Part shown: one piece after another, positions 1 to 9,701 of the stretch
Layout: every line of letters begins with the position of its first letter
Position numbering within the stretch: position 1 is the first letter of the stretch
Assembly (NCBI GenBank): GCA_937125035.1
Contig: CAKZLG010000223.1
Location: forward strand, 1-57,899
Length of the DNA: 57,899 nt
Source: an uncultured Maribacter sp.
GTDB lineage: Bacteria > Bacteroidota > Bacteroidia > Flavobacteriales > Flavobacteriaceae
Direction of reading: 5' to 3'
Program-made: the position numbers and the translations under genes
The notes under the pieces: model-generated
What the model saw: the letters and a program-made list of their open reading frames with translations, nothing else
What the model was told of the DNA's origin: nothing
Database searches by the model: none

Positions 1-197
1 CGTTTCACCGTATAGAGTTTACCTGATTTCACTACAGCCGAACTGTACTTGCTTTCTGTTGCACTGGTCCGTCCCACACCGATCTGCACCGGCACGGGAG
101 ACGGGTGTTACCCGCTATACCGCACTATGGTGTCCGGACTTTCCTCGTTCTGTGTCCAATGGTAATTGGAACAAACCGCGATAAGGTGGCCTGCTGC
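1..197 (-). ncRNA. rnpB: RNase P RNA, 5' portion (runs off the window start)
   Basis: The reverse complement contains the conserved RNase P signatures GAGGAAAGTCCGG (134-146), AGTGCAACAGAAA and GGTAAACTC. A minus-strand TACATTTG -7 box lies at 199-206. The 5' end is approximate. Confidence 0.93.
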
Positions 198-198
198 G

Positions 199-280
199 CA
201 AATGTACTGTAATTGTTGATAACTAAGGATGATATCAACTCCAAAAACAAGCGAATATAGACACCCTATTTTTATATTTG
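199..280. promoter_or_regulatory. Divergent Bacteroidota sigma70-type -7 boxes for rnpB (199-206, minus) and dnaX (273-280, plus)
   Basis: Exact TAnnTTTG matches: TACATTTG (minus) and TATATTTG (plus), each just upstream of its gene. Confidence 0.7.
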
Positions 281-302
281 TGGTACACAAAACGACCCAT
301 TT

Positions 303-2162
303 TTGGAACCTTTCATTGTATCGGCACGCAAGTATAGACCCCAGACGTTTAAAGATGTGGTAGGGCAACAGGCCATTACGAACACGCTCCAAAATGCCAT
401 AGACAATAATCACTTGGCCCAGGCCCTTTTATTCTGTGGCCCCCGGGGTGTGGGCAAGACCACTTGTGCCCGTATTTTGGCCAAGCAGATCAATTCTGAC
501 GGATCGGAAGGTAAGGATGAGGATTTTGCCTTCAATATCTTTGAGTTGGATGCAGCTTCCAATAACTCTGTGGACGACATCAGAAACCTCATAGACCAAG
601 TACGGATACCCCCACAAGTAGGAAAGTATAAGGTATACATCATTGATGAGGTGCACATGCTATCCGCATCGGCCTTCAATGCCTTTCTGAAAACCTTGGA
701 AGAACCCCCAAAGCACGCTATTTTCATCCTGGCCACTACAGAAAAGCACAAGATCATTCCCACCATCCTTTCGCGTTGCCAAATTTTTGATTTTAAGCGA
801 ATTACCGTGGGTGACGCGGCAGAATATCTAAAATACATTGCAGAAAACCAAGGAATCAATGCCGAAGAGGACGCCCTGCACATCATTGCACAAAAAGCGG
901 ATGGTGCCATGCGCGATGCCCTTTCGATCTTTGACCGCGTGGTGAGCTTTGCAGGCAAAGAGCTTACCCGTAAAGCGGTGACCGAGAATTTAAATGTACT
1001 GGATTATGATGTATATTTTGAGGCCACAGACTTGATTCTGGAGCATGACATTCCCAATTTACTCCTATTGTTCAATAAGACCTTGGGGCTTGGCTTTGAT
1101 GGCCACCATTTCATAGCGGGCTTGGCGTCCCATTTCAGGGATCTCATGGTCTGTAAGCACCAAGATACCATTGCGCTTTTGGAGGTGGGTGAGGCAGCAC
1201 AAAAGAAATACAGGGAACAATCGCAGAAGACCTCCCATCCCTTTCTTCTTCGGGCCTTGGATATGGCCAATGATTGTGATTTAAAATACAAGGCCAGTAA
1301 AAACCAGCGTCTGCTTGTTGAATTGACCCTTATGAAATTGGCCTCCATTGATTTTAATGGAGAAAAAAAAAATCCTGAATCCGTAGGCAAAAAAGACTAT
1401 TTGGCACCGGCAGCTTTCTTTCAGGGCCTAATGGGCCAAAGGAAGGTTTTTACCACCACCCTGCCGCAAAAACATAGGATTACCCCCTCCCCTGCACCAG
1501 CATCGCACTCAAAAACCGGAGCAACATCAGAAGCCGCACCAAAACCTGGGGCATCACCACAAAACGTAGCCCCGGAAACCGGCAAGGTTCAAAAGCCCAA
1601 GTCCTTGGCCCCGGAAGTGCCCGAAAAAACTGAGGAAAGTGCTGCCATAGCATCAGAGCAAATGGACCTGGCAAAAAAAATAAAGATAGATAGCCCCAAG
1701 AAACGGGTCTCTGGCCTATCCATTAAAAGCCTGGAAGCCAAAAAGGCACATGAGCTCAACAAAATAGAAGTGGTCATTGACGAGGACGACCTACCCGATG
1801 ACGACTTTACCCAAGAAGCACTGGAACGGCATTGGAACGATTTTGTGAGAGATATAGATGCGAAGGGACAAAAGATTCTGGCGTCCAATTTAGGTACGGA
1901 CAAGCCCCGTTTGGGAAAAGGCCACACGATTCATATTGAGCTGCCCAATGGCACCATGAAAAAGGAAATTGAGAGGGAACAGTATGGGCTTATGCAGTAC
2001 TTGCGTACACAACTTAACAACCACCACATTGAGCTACAAATTAAAGTGAATGAGGAAAGTGCCAAGAAATATGCCTTTACCCCTGCTGAAAAATATGAGA
2101 AATTAAGGGCGAAGAACCCGGCCATTGATCTTCTACGACAAGAATTTGACCTAGACCTTTGA
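303..2162 (+). CDS. dnaX: DNA polymerase III subunit gamma/tau
   Basis: N-terminal ARKYRPQTF, Walker A GPRGVGKTT, ELDAASN, IIDEVHML, LLKTLEEPP-like motif and SRC. A Pro/Ala-rich linker precedes the C-terminal tau domain. TTG start. Confidence 0.96.
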   Translation: MEPFIVSARKYRPQTFKDVVGQQAITNTLQNAIDNNHLAQALLFCGPRGVGKTTCARILAKQINSDGSEGKDEDFAFNIFELDAASNNSVDDIRNLIDQVRIPPQVGKYKVYIIDEVHMLSASAFNAFLKTLEEPPKHAIFILATTEKHKIIPTILSRCQIFDFKRITVGDAAEYLKYIAENQGINAEEDALHIIAQKADGAMRDALSIFDRVVSFAGKELTRKAVTENLNVLDYDVYFEATDLILEHDIPNLLLLFNKTLGLGFDGHHFIAGLASHFRDLMVCKHQDTIALLEVGEAAQKKYREQSQKTSHPFLLRALDMANDCDLKYKASKNQRLLVELTLMKLASIDFNGEKKNPESVGKKDYLAPAAFFQGLMGQRKVFTTTLPQKHRITPSPAPASHSKTGATSEAAPKPGASPQNVAPETGKVQKPKSLAPEVPEKTEESAAIASEQMDLAKKIKIDSPKKRVSGLSIKSLEAKKAHELNKIEVVIDEDDLPDDDFTQEALERHWNDFVRDIDAKGQKILASNLGTDKPRLGKGHTIHIELPNGTMKKEIEREQYGLMQYLRTQLNNHHIELQIKVNEESAKKYAFTPAEKYEKLRAKNPAIDLLRQEFDLDL

Positions 2163-2510
2163 TTGCTTTTTCAAACGAAAACCAAATACCAAAAATACCA
2201 CTGCTATAATGAGCAGCGCAAAAGCCTCCCGGCCCAACTCAACAGTTTTTATATCACCATCCTCCAAACCAAACCCTTTAAAATCCGTTGGATATAAATA
2301 CAAAAAGCCAATTAAGGCCGCTATACCCGCCATCAAGGGGACCTTGGCCGATATCTTGCCCAAGGCGCAAAGGGCGGATACGAATGCCGCGGCACAATAA
2401 ATTAAAATCCAAATGAGGGCATCCGGATCGTTGTACTGCACCACCGCTCCCAAAAGAAACAATAGCGCGAACACCCATGCCAATATCTTATAAAAACGGT
2501 TCATTTTCAT
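2151..2510 (-). CDS. Transmembrane 220 family protein
   Basis: Small hydrophobic protein with VQYNDPD..W...Y and E.GRE motifs typical of TMEM220. Confidence 0.75.
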   Translation of the reverse strand: MKMNRFYKILAWVFALLFLLGAVVQYNDPDALIWILIYCAAAFVSALCALGKISAKVPLMAGIAALIGFLYLYPTDFKGFGLEDGDIKTVELGREAFALLIIAVVFLVFGFRLKKQSKV

Positions 2511-2555
2511 GTTTTTTTATACCCTTGGCTGTAAACTACATCCTCTTTGGGGTTG

Positions 2556-3926
2556 TTATGAAAGGACTTGTTGGGTTATAATACCATATACATCCACCGC
2601 ACTTACGGTCTTTTTGGACAGGGAGGCCTTATTGGACATTATGATCGGGAAATCTTCCTCTTCCTCTGGCACCCTTCCATGTGATCCCTTGATCAGTTCC
2701 GCTTTCAACGGAATGATGTCCAATACGGTCCTAAAGCCCATCTTTTTCTTTAAGAGCTTCCAGGCCACTTTGGCCATGACCCATTTGTCCTTGGGATCCG
2801 TAAGCATTTCTACTGGGTCATAACCGGGTTTTTTATGTATGTCCACCATTCTTGCGTAATCCGGTGCCTTGGCATCATCCAACCAAAAATAGTAGGTAAA
2901 CCAAGACTCTTTGTCCGCAACCACCACTAGGTCACCGCTGCGACCATGGTCCAAATGTACTTTTTTGATATCCTCCCCAGCATACACCTGCTCCACGCCT
3001 TCCTGTTGCTCCAACAGGGCCTTTATTTTCGGAAGGTCCCCCTTGTCCTTTACATACACATGGGCCAATTGGTGATCGGCAACGGCAAAGGCCGAACTGG
3101 CACCCGCATCCAATAGTTCCAAACCGCGCTCCACTCGTATGGCCAAATGGCCCGCTTTGCGCAGTACCCTGTTCAGATGCACCGGGCGGCTGACGTTGGT
3201 AATACCATATTCGGACAAAATGATCACATTGGTTTCGGATGTATCATAATGTGCCACTAGTTGCCCTACGACCGCATCCACCTCTTTAAGGTCCTTGGCA
3301 ATACGTTGAAAATCGACTCCATAGCGCTGAATATTATAATCCAAATGGGGTAGGTAGATCAGCGTCAGGGTGGGGTCATGGTCCTTATCCGTCATAATGG
3401 CCGCGTCCGCAATCCATTGGGAAGAACGGATGGAAGTCCTAGGGCCCCAGAATTCAAACAGGGGAAAGGTGCCGAGCTCCTGTTGCGCCTTATCGCGCAG
3501 GGCCGCCGGATGCGAATAGACATCAGGAATCTTTCTACCATCTGCCAAATAATTGGGCCTTGGGGTAATACTATAATCCACATTGGAATACATATTATAC
3601 CACCAAAAATGGTTGGCACAGGTAAAATTGGGGTCTTTCTCCTTTAAACTGTCCCAAATTTTAGGCGCTTGCACCAATGTATTGGACTGCCGCCAAAACT
3701 TTACCTCACACTCGTCCTTAAAATACCACCCATTGCCCACAATACCATGTTCTGCCGGCCATTTGCCCGTTAGGTAGGTCGCCTGTGCCGCACATGTGAC
3801 CGCAGGGAGGACCGGCCGTATCACCGCTGCCGAGCCCTTTTCCATAAAGGATTTCAGAAAAGGGGTATGTTCCCCGATCAAACGCTTGGTGAGCCCAACG
3901 ACATTGATGACCACGGTTTTCTTCAT
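2556..3926 (-). CDS. eboF: EboF, alkaline phosphatase / nucleotide pyrophosphatase family
   Basis: PAVTC nucleophile region, HGIVGNGW, YLPHLDY, LSEYG and GSHG motifs. Last gene of the ebo order. Confidence 0.85.
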   Translation of the reverse strand: MKKTVVINVVGLTKRLIGEHTPFLKSFMEKGSAAVIRPVLPAVTCAAQATYLTGKWPAEHGIVGNGWYFKDECEVKFWRQSNTLVQAPKIWDSLKEKDPNFTCANHFWWYNMYSNVDYSITPRPNYLADGRKIPDVYSHPAALRDKAQQELGTFPLFEFWGPRTSIRSSQWIADAAIMTDKDHDPTLTLIYLPHLDYNIQRYGVDFQRIAKDLKEVDAVVGQLVAHYDTSETNVIILSEYGITNVSRPVHLNRVLRKAGHLAIRVERGLELLDAGASSAFAVADHQLAHVYVKDKGDLPKIKALLEQQEGVEQVYAGEDIKKVHLDHGRSGDLVVVADKESWFTYYFWLDDAKAPDYARMVDIHKKPGYDPVEMLTDPKDKWVMAKVAWKLLKKKMGFRTVLDIIPLKAELIKGSHGRVPEEEEDFPIIMSNKASLSKKTVSAVDVYGIITQQVLS

Positions 3927-5122
3927 GCTTCCATTTTTTCTTTAAGCCATTGCATTTCACGGATTATGGACTTTGTCAAGTCTTCCTTCAGATCTTTCGG
4001 CAAAACGTCCCAAGTATATGTTTCCACCTCTAAATGCTCCGCTACCGGATTTTCCTTTACATAGGCCAATGCTTTTAAAATATGATCCTGAGTGGAATAC
4101 AGTGCCCCATAGGCCTCCAAGAAAATGGGAACGTGAAAATGGGCCCTCAGCTCATTATGGTCATGCCTCCCTTTTAAAACAACGGGCAGATCAGGATAGG
4201 TAATCACGTTTCCGTTTTCCAAGGCCGTAACCTGGTGCAGGTAGGTAGGTTCGTTGAATTCCTCCAAAGTCTCCCAGATGGCGTTGGTATCCCCTTCTTT
4301 CAAGATGATTTTCAAAGCAGCGCTAACCTGTACTTTTCCCACTCTAATACCGGCCATGGCCAATTCGTCAAAGGTTTTCTTGGGTTCCTCATAGGCCAGG
4401 GCAAAATGGCAAACATCATAACAAACCGTGAGGTAACGTTTTACCACGGCCTCTGCCTGTAATGGCGTAAGACCTAAACCATGGGAAAGAGCCTCTCGGC
4501 CCATGGGCAGGAGGTATTCCTTGAAAAAAAACAGGACTTCTTCCGTGTTCTCCAACAAACCATCAGGTTCCGGTTCTATGTCCAAATGCAGCTGTACACC
4601 ACTATTTTGCTCAAGTTCATGAAGGTGTACCACCACGGCAAGCATATGTTCAGCACCTTGCCTAAACGCCTTGTCCGTAGCCTCTTTTGTGGTGTGCCAA
4701 TGTTTATAACTTATGGGCGAAGTGGAAATGCCCCCTTGCATACCGCCCGGCAAAAGTGCGGCCAATTGGTCAAAAAGTCGCTTGGTGTATTCCAATCGCT
4801 CATTAGTGGTCCAATCCGGGGCATGCACCTCATCCTTTACCCGTTCGTCGTGAAAGTTGCCGTAGGGAAATCCGTTCATGGTAAAGACATACACTTCTTC
4901 CCTGCGCAGCCAATCTTGAAATTCGTGCAAGCGCTCCCCCAAGGCCAGCTCTTCACTGGCCTTATTGGATAGGCGCAATCCCAATCCAAAAGGGGCCTCG
5001 GGACAAAGGGCCTTCTTTATTTGGGGCACGTGATGCTTTAGACTCTCAAAAGTGGTTCCCCAATCCTGTCCTGGGTGGATGTTGGTACAATAAGTGATTT
5101 GAACATGTTTGCCCAAGCGCAT
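3923..5122 (-). CDS. eboE: EboE, metabolite traffic protein (xylose isomerase-like TIM barrel)
   Basis: YCTNIHP, NGFPYG.FH, EPEP, CYDVCH, HFHVP and LEVETYTW motifs. Confidence 0.9.
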   Translation of the reverse strand: MRLGKHVQITYCTNIHPGQDWGTTFESLKHHVPQIKKALCPEAPFGLGLRLSNKASEELALGERLHEFQDWLRREEVYVFTMNGFPYGNFHDERVKDEVHAPDWTTNERLEYTKRLFDQLAALLPGGMQGGISTSPISYKHWHTTKEATDKAFRQGAEHMLAVVVHLHELEQNSGVQLHLDIEPEPDGLLENTEEVLFFFKEYLLPMGREALSHGLGLTPLQAEAVVKRYLTVCYDVCHFALAYEEPKKTFDELAMAGIRVGKVQVSAALKIILKEGDTNAIWETLEEFNEPTYLHQVTALENGNVITYPDLPVVLKGRHDHNELRAHFHVPIFLEAYGALYSTQDHILKALAYVKENPVAEHLEVETYTWDVLPKDLKEDLTKSIIREMQWLKEKMEA

Positions 5123-5125
5123 ATT

Positions 5126-6289
5126 CTATGGATTTGTTATAGGTTGATGGTTCAACTGCTCCATGGCCTTGAGCATTAGGGATTCATCTATCGTATGTAC
5201 ATCATGCTTTTTACCGATATCCGACAGCAGCGTAATGGTCAATGTACCTCCCAAATGCTCCCTGAATTCCTCAATACCGGCCAATAAGGTATTTTGTTCC
5301 TTGGGTGTTTCTACCGGAAGAGCCAAATCAAAGCCTATGTGCAGCATTACACCTAGAATATGGTCTAAATCCTTTTTAGTGATCAGTCCCAACAGCTGGG
5401 CATAGGTAACGTCTAAGGCAATGCCCTTGGCCACGGCCTCCCCATGGCGAAGGGTATAGTGGGTCATGGCCTCCATTTTATGTGCGGCCCAATGGCCAAA
5501 GTCAAGCGGGCGGGAAGATCCCTGTTCAAAGGGGTCGCCCCCTTGGGCAATATGGGCCATGTGCATTTCCGCACATTTATAGATAAGGTATTGCATGGTT
5601 TCCCTATCCCGTTCCTTCAACGCTTGGGCATTTAGGGCGATAAAATCAAAGAAGGCGCGGTCTTTGATCAACGCCACTTTAATGGCCTCTGAAACACCCG
5701 ATATCCAATCGCGCTGCTCTAGCGTCAATAAGAAATCCTGGTCATTGATGATGGCGAAGGGCGGTGCAAATGTGCCCAAAAAATTCTTTTTTCCGAAAAT
5801 ATTGATGCTGTTCTTTACGCCCACGGCCGAATCATTCTGGGAAAGTACGGTGGTGGGAATTCTGATCAGTTTCACCCCCCTATGGGCTATAGCAGCTGCA
5901 TACCCCACCATATCGATGACGGCTCCCCCACCAATGACCACTACAAAGGAGTGCCTACAAATGGCGTTTGCATTAATGCCCTGCAATACCTTTTCCACAT
6001 GGGCATTTTCGTTTTTAGCCTGTTCGCCCCCGGCAACAACAAGGGTATCCGTATAGGTGAGGCATGAATCATATTTTTCGCAATAGGCCCGTATTTGGGC
6101 CCTGAGCCCTTTATGATGGTAATCCACCCCATCGTCTATCACGAACAGTATCTTCACCCCGCCCTGCGGCTTGTACTCTTGAACAATATCATAAAACAGG
6201 GTGTTTTCTATATGGAACAATCCCTTTGTAAAATAAAGTTGGTACTCATAGGGTACTGAAAACGTCTGTTTTATAGGTTTTAGTTCCAT
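5126..6289 (-). CDS. eboD: EboD, 3-dehydroquinate synthase-like sugar-phosphate cyclase
   Basis: GGEQAK, GGGAVID, PTT..SQNDSAVGVKN, E.IK, LDFGHW.AH and HGEAVA motifs. Lies within the ebo cluster. Confidence 0.88.
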   Translation of the reverse strand: MELKPIKQTFSVPYEYQLYFTKGLFHIENTLFYDIVQEYKPQGGVKILFVIDDGVDYHHKGLRAQIRAYCEKYDSCLTYTDTLVVAGGEQAKNENAHVEKVLQGINANAICRHSFVVVIGGGAVIDMVGYAAAIAHRGVKLIRIPTTVLSQNDSAVGVKNSINIFGKKNFLGTFAPPFAIINDQDFLLTLEQRDWISGVSEAIKVALIKDRAFFDFIALNAQALKERDRETMQYLIYKCAEMHMAHIAQGGDPFEQGSSRPLDFGHWAAHKMEAMTHYTLRHGEAVAKGIALDVTYAQLLGLITKKDLDHILGVMLHIGFDLALPVETPKEQNTLLAGIEEFREHLGGTLTITLLSDIGKKHDVHTIDESLMLKAMEQLNHQPITNP

Positions 6290-6295
6290 AGCTTC

Positions 6296-7195
6296 TTAAG
6301 TAACTGCAAATAGTTTGGACAATAACAAAGATAAGGGCAAAAGCAACAAGGTCAGTGCGGCAAGCGTCCAATCTGTAAATCCGGCCACCCAGCAGGCATC
6401 CATGATAATGAGCGATAACACGCCCGAAATCACGGCTTTTTTTATGTTCTTGGGCGAATTTTCCTGATACGCCTTCCATAAGGGCCTAAAAAGTGCCATA
6501 CTGAAGAGGACCAAAAAGGGAAACGCCTTGGGAAGACTTCCACCAAGCTGATGGATGCACCAACCCACCACCATAATGACGATGATGTAGAGCATCCCGG
6601 ACCATAGGATATGGTTCTTGTTATTTCCATGTACCTCTCCCCTACTGATCAACGTGACCGCAAAAATGTAGATGACGGGAACAAGACCCAACCACCAATG
6701 GACCATACTTCCCAAAACGGACATCCCCAGCAAAAGGTTCAGTCCCCTGCACACCCCCATGGTCAAAGGCCCAAAAAATCCATTTTTCTTGGCATACCCA
6801 TCATATAGGACAATAGCCGTAGTCAGTGCTACTGCAATTGCGCCACTCAAAGGGTGGGCCGCAAAGGCAAGGACACAACCTGATAGCAACAAGAGCACCC
6901 CCCATGCCACAGCTTCCGGCAATTTGACGATACCTTGGGGGATAGTCCTTTCCGGACGTTCCAAGGCATCCAATTGGGCATCGAAAACATCATTCAAGAC
7001 CACTCCACCGGCATACAGCAGTATGGAGGAAAAAATCAATAGTAGAACAGTAGTTCCATGTTCCTGTACTGCGTTGAGAACATGGATCTGCCCAAGGAAA
7101 AGTCCTATGATGACACCCGCAAAAATATCGGCCGCGGCCGTGGGCAGGTTGGCAGGTCTGGCCAAACGGGCAAACCCCATGACCTTTTGATACAT
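6296..7195 (-). CDS. eboC: EboC, UbiA-family prenyltransferase
   Basis: RPAN, the Asp-rich NDVFDA.LD..ERP.R.IP motif, a YD motif and multiple TM helices. Confidence 0.9.
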   Translation of the reverse strand: MYQKVMGFARLARPANLPTAAADIFAGVIIGLFLGQIHVLNAVQEHGTTVLLLIFSSILLYAGGVVLNDVFDAQLDALERPERTIPQGIVKLPEAVAWGVLLLLSGCVLAFAAHPLSGAIAVALTTAIVLYDGYAKKNGFFGPLTMGVCRGLNLLLGMSVLGSMVHWWLGLVPVIYIFAVTLISRGEVHGNNKNHILWSGMLYIIVIMVVGWCIHQLGGSLPKAFPFLVLFSMALFRPLWKAYQENSPKNIKKAVISGVLSLIIMDACWVAGFTDWTLAALTLLLLPLSLLLSKLFAVT

Positions 7196-7196
7196 A

Positions 7197-8105
7197 TTAT
7201 TTTATTTGATCGGCATCCACGCGGGGTACTTGTCCCCTGAGAACGCTATTGTCATTGAACAATTTGGATTGATCAATGCCATTGGGATTCAGCCAATGTT
7301 CCTCTTTCATATTTCCATTTTTACTGAAGGCCTCCAATGCATTTTGATAACAGGTCTTGTGCACGTCTTCCTTGCTAATGCCCCTTTGAAGCATCAATGA
7401 AGCTGTCTTTGGTACGGCGAGTGGATCGCTAACACCCCAATCAGCAGAGCTGTCCACGATGATATTGGTGCTGCCAAAGCGCCTTACGACCTCCACCATT
7501 CTTTCGTTGCCCATTTTGGTTTTGGGGTAAATGGTAAAAGCGGCAATGAAGCCGCGGTCCAGCACGTCCTGTACGGTTTCCTCGTTATTGTGGTCTATGA
7601 TCACATTTCCAGGATCCAGTCCATGCTCTAAACAGACCTCCATACTCTTAATGGTCCCGGCCTTTTTATCCCTATGCGGGGTATGTACCTGTACCGTCAT
7701 GTTCAATTCCTTGGCCATCTCCAATTGCATGCGGAAATACTTGTCCTCTTCCGGGGTCTGGTCATCGTATCCTATTTCGCCAATGGCCACAACATTTTCC
7801 TTGTGCAGGTACAGGGGCAGTAGTTCTATGACCTGTTCTGCCAAGGCCCCATTGTTCGCCTCCTTGGAGTTAAGACCAATAGTGCAGTAGTGCTTAATAC
7901 CAAACTGACTAGCCCTGAACGGCTCCCAACCCACCAGACTGCTGAAATAGTCTTGGAAAGACCCTACTTGCGTTCTGGGCTGGCCCAACCAAAATGAGGG
8001 TTCAATTACCGCTACGACCCCAGCATGTGCCATGGCCTCATAGTCATCTGTGGTACGGGCGGACATGTGTACGTGGGGATCAATAATCATCATTTTATCT
8101 TCCAT
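7197..8105 (-). CDS. eboB: EboB, TatD-family hydrolase
   Basis: DPHVH, GEIGYD, VHTPH, DHN and DSSADW motifs. Confidence 0.88.
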   Translation of the reverse strand: MEDKMMIIDPHVHMSARTTDDYEAMAHAGVVAVIEPSFWLGQPRTQVGSFQDYFSSLVGWEPFRASQFGIKHYCTIGLNSKEANNGALAEQVIELLPLYLHKENVVAIGEIGYDDQTPEEDKYFRMQLEMAKELNMTVQVHTPHRDKKAGTIKSMEVCLEHGLDPGNVIIDHNNEETVQDVLDRGFIAAFTIYPKTKMGNERMVEVVRRFGSTNIIVDSSADWGVSDPLAVPKTASLMLQRGISKEDVHKTCYQNALEAFSKNGNMKEEHWLNPNGIDQSKLFNDNSVLRGQVPRVDADQIK

Positions 8106-8111
8106 AATGCG

Positions 8112-8948
8112 TTACTGCTTTAATGTGTTCCATGTTAATTTTTCTTCTTCAATGGCCGCCACCAAGGCTTCGTGCCCTTGTAGGAGTGCCTTTGCCGAGG
8201 GGGTATTGGCATGATGACAGCTAAGTGCCCCAGCCCTTCTTTCCACAACATCTTCACTATCCAAGAGCCGGGCCATATCCTCCAGTAGAACCCCTTCCAA
8301 AAAGGGGGCCACGGGCCTCCAGAACATGGGGTCTATGCTACGCGATGCCGCCCAGCGTTCATGGGCATAATCTGATATGATCCTCGCCAGATCTTTGTTG
8401 GCGCGCCCATCCACATCCATGATCAATGAGAGGTCCCTTTGCATAAAGGCCGCCTTGAGGTACATTTGGTTCCACTGCTGATCATTGAAATGAGCGGCCG
8501 GATAAGGGTTCTCCAGAGCAATGGCATCAAACAAAATGGAGATATTGGTGCGCAGGGCCTCTACCGCGGTAAATTTAAAGTGGTCCTTCTCTGGTAAAAG
8601 GGGCAGGAACCTTAAAAAGGTAGCCAGTTCCGAGGTATCCGCCACCTGTATGATGTTCGCCACTTTGTCCCTAAAAAATGGGGCATCAGCCTCCAAAACC
8701 TCGGTTAATAGAAATATCCGGGCCATCTCCAACACCTCGGCTCTGTGGTGCCTTAAGTATTGGGTGGTACTGTCATCGCCTTCGCCATAATCCACCGTAT
8801 CCGTTTCCTTAAAATCCTTGTACAGCAGGCTGTAGGCCATAAAAAGATCTTTCGTGGATTTCTTGTCCTTTATGAGCTGTATGTTCGCTTGCAGGGCCGC
8901 ATACTTCCCTGCCGCCACATTCTTTTGTAAAATAGCTTTTAACCCCAC
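8112..8948 (-). CDS. eboA: EboA domain protein
   Basis: EALRTN, NPYP, WNQM.LKA.F and DYAHERWAA.R motifs. First gene of the cluster, GTG start. Confidence 0.85.
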   Translation of the reverse strand: MGLKAILQKNVAAGKYAALQANIQLIKDKKSTKDLFMAYSLLYKDFKETDTVDYGEGDDSTTQYLRHHRAEVLEMARIFLLTEVLEADAPFFRDKVANIIQVADTSELATFLRFLPLLPEKDHFKFTAVEALRTNISILFDAIALENPYPAAHFNDQQWNQMYLKAAFMQRDLSLIMDVDGRANKDLARIISDYAHERWAASRSIDPMFWRPVAPFLEGVLLEDMARLLDSEDVVERRAGALSCHHANTPSAKALLQGHEALVAAIEEEKLTWNTLKQ

Positions 8949-9016
8949 TGGTGTCGTGTAATTGCTTTATGAGTTTTGCACTGTGCCTATACAACGAAAA
9001 TTATGCGCACATATTT

Positions 9017-9094
9017 CAAAAATAAGACTTATCTGGGAGATACCGGGGCACCGCAATCAAGAATTGCCATTACTGAAAACAAATCTTACTTTTG
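9017..9094. promoter_or_regulatory. Divergent -7 boxes for the ebo operon (9017-9024, minus) and miaE (9087-9094, plus)
   Basis: CAAAAATA (TATTTTTG on minus) and TACTTTTG both match TAnnTTTG. Confidence 0.6.
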
Positions 9095-9110
9095 ACAAAA
9101 AACAAGCATT

Positions 9111-9692
9111 ATGTTGGGCTTAAAGCTACCTACCGATCCCCGCTGGGTGAATATTGTGGAAAAGAATATTGATGAAATCCTCACAGACCATGCTTATTGC
9201 GAACAGAAGGCGGCCAGCACGGCCATTTCCCTCATTGTCTCCTTCCCTGAGTACACGGAACTTGTGGAAGAGATGGTGGCGCTATCGCGTGAGGAAATGG
9301 GCCATTTTAAAATGGTTCACGACCGTATCCTGGCGCGCGGCAAATCATTGGGGCGGGATCGCAAGGATGAATACGTGATCGCCCTTACGCGGTTCTTTCC
9401 AAAAGGCGGTAGCAGAACCACCCAATTAGTGCACAGGCTACTCTATGCCGCGTTGATAGAGGCACGGAGCTGCGAGCGCTTTAGACTGCTCTCAGAGCAA
9501 TTACAGGACAAGGAACTGGCCGTCTTCTATAAAAAACTGATGATCAGTGAGGCGGGCCATTACACCATGTTCCTAGGTTTTGCCAGAAAGTATGGCGATG
9601 TAGACGAAGTGAACCGAAAATGGCAAGATCTTTTACAGCACGAGGCCAACATCATGAAAGATCTGGGCACCAAGGAAACTGTGCACGGATAA
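9111..9692 (+). CDS. miaE: tRNA-(ms2io6A) hydroxylase MiaE
   Basis: Ferritin-like di-iron motifs DHA.CE.KAA, EE..HF, IEARSCERF and SEA.H. Confidence 0.9.
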   Translation: MLGLKLPTDPRWVNIVEKNIDEILTDHAYCEQKAASTAISLIVSFPEYTELVEEMVALSREEMGHFKMVHDRILARGKSLGRDRKDEYVIALTRFFPKGGSRTTQLVHRLLYAALIEARSCERFRLLSEQLQDKELAVFYKKLMISEAGHYTMFLGFARKYGDVDEVNRKWQDLLQHEANIMKDLGTKETVHG

Positions 9693-9701
9693 ACCTTAGG
9701 A

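Noticed and set aside
1-197. Possible SRP RNA (ffs), often found next to dnaX
   Set aside because: The motifs present are those of RNase P RNA, not the SRP domain IV loop.
108-413. 101 aa minus-strand ORF
   Set aside because: It overlaps rnpB and the dnaX start and has no recognisable motifs, so it is spurious.
1673-1680. Second A run (A8) in dnaX
   Set aside because: It is shorter, lies in a Lys-rich linker and is not at the gamma/tau boundary. Similar runs are common in this genome.
5126-6289. Calling this gene aroB and linking it to aroQ
   Set aside because: Its ebo context argues for EboD, and aroQ is 30 kb away in an unrelated neighbourhood.
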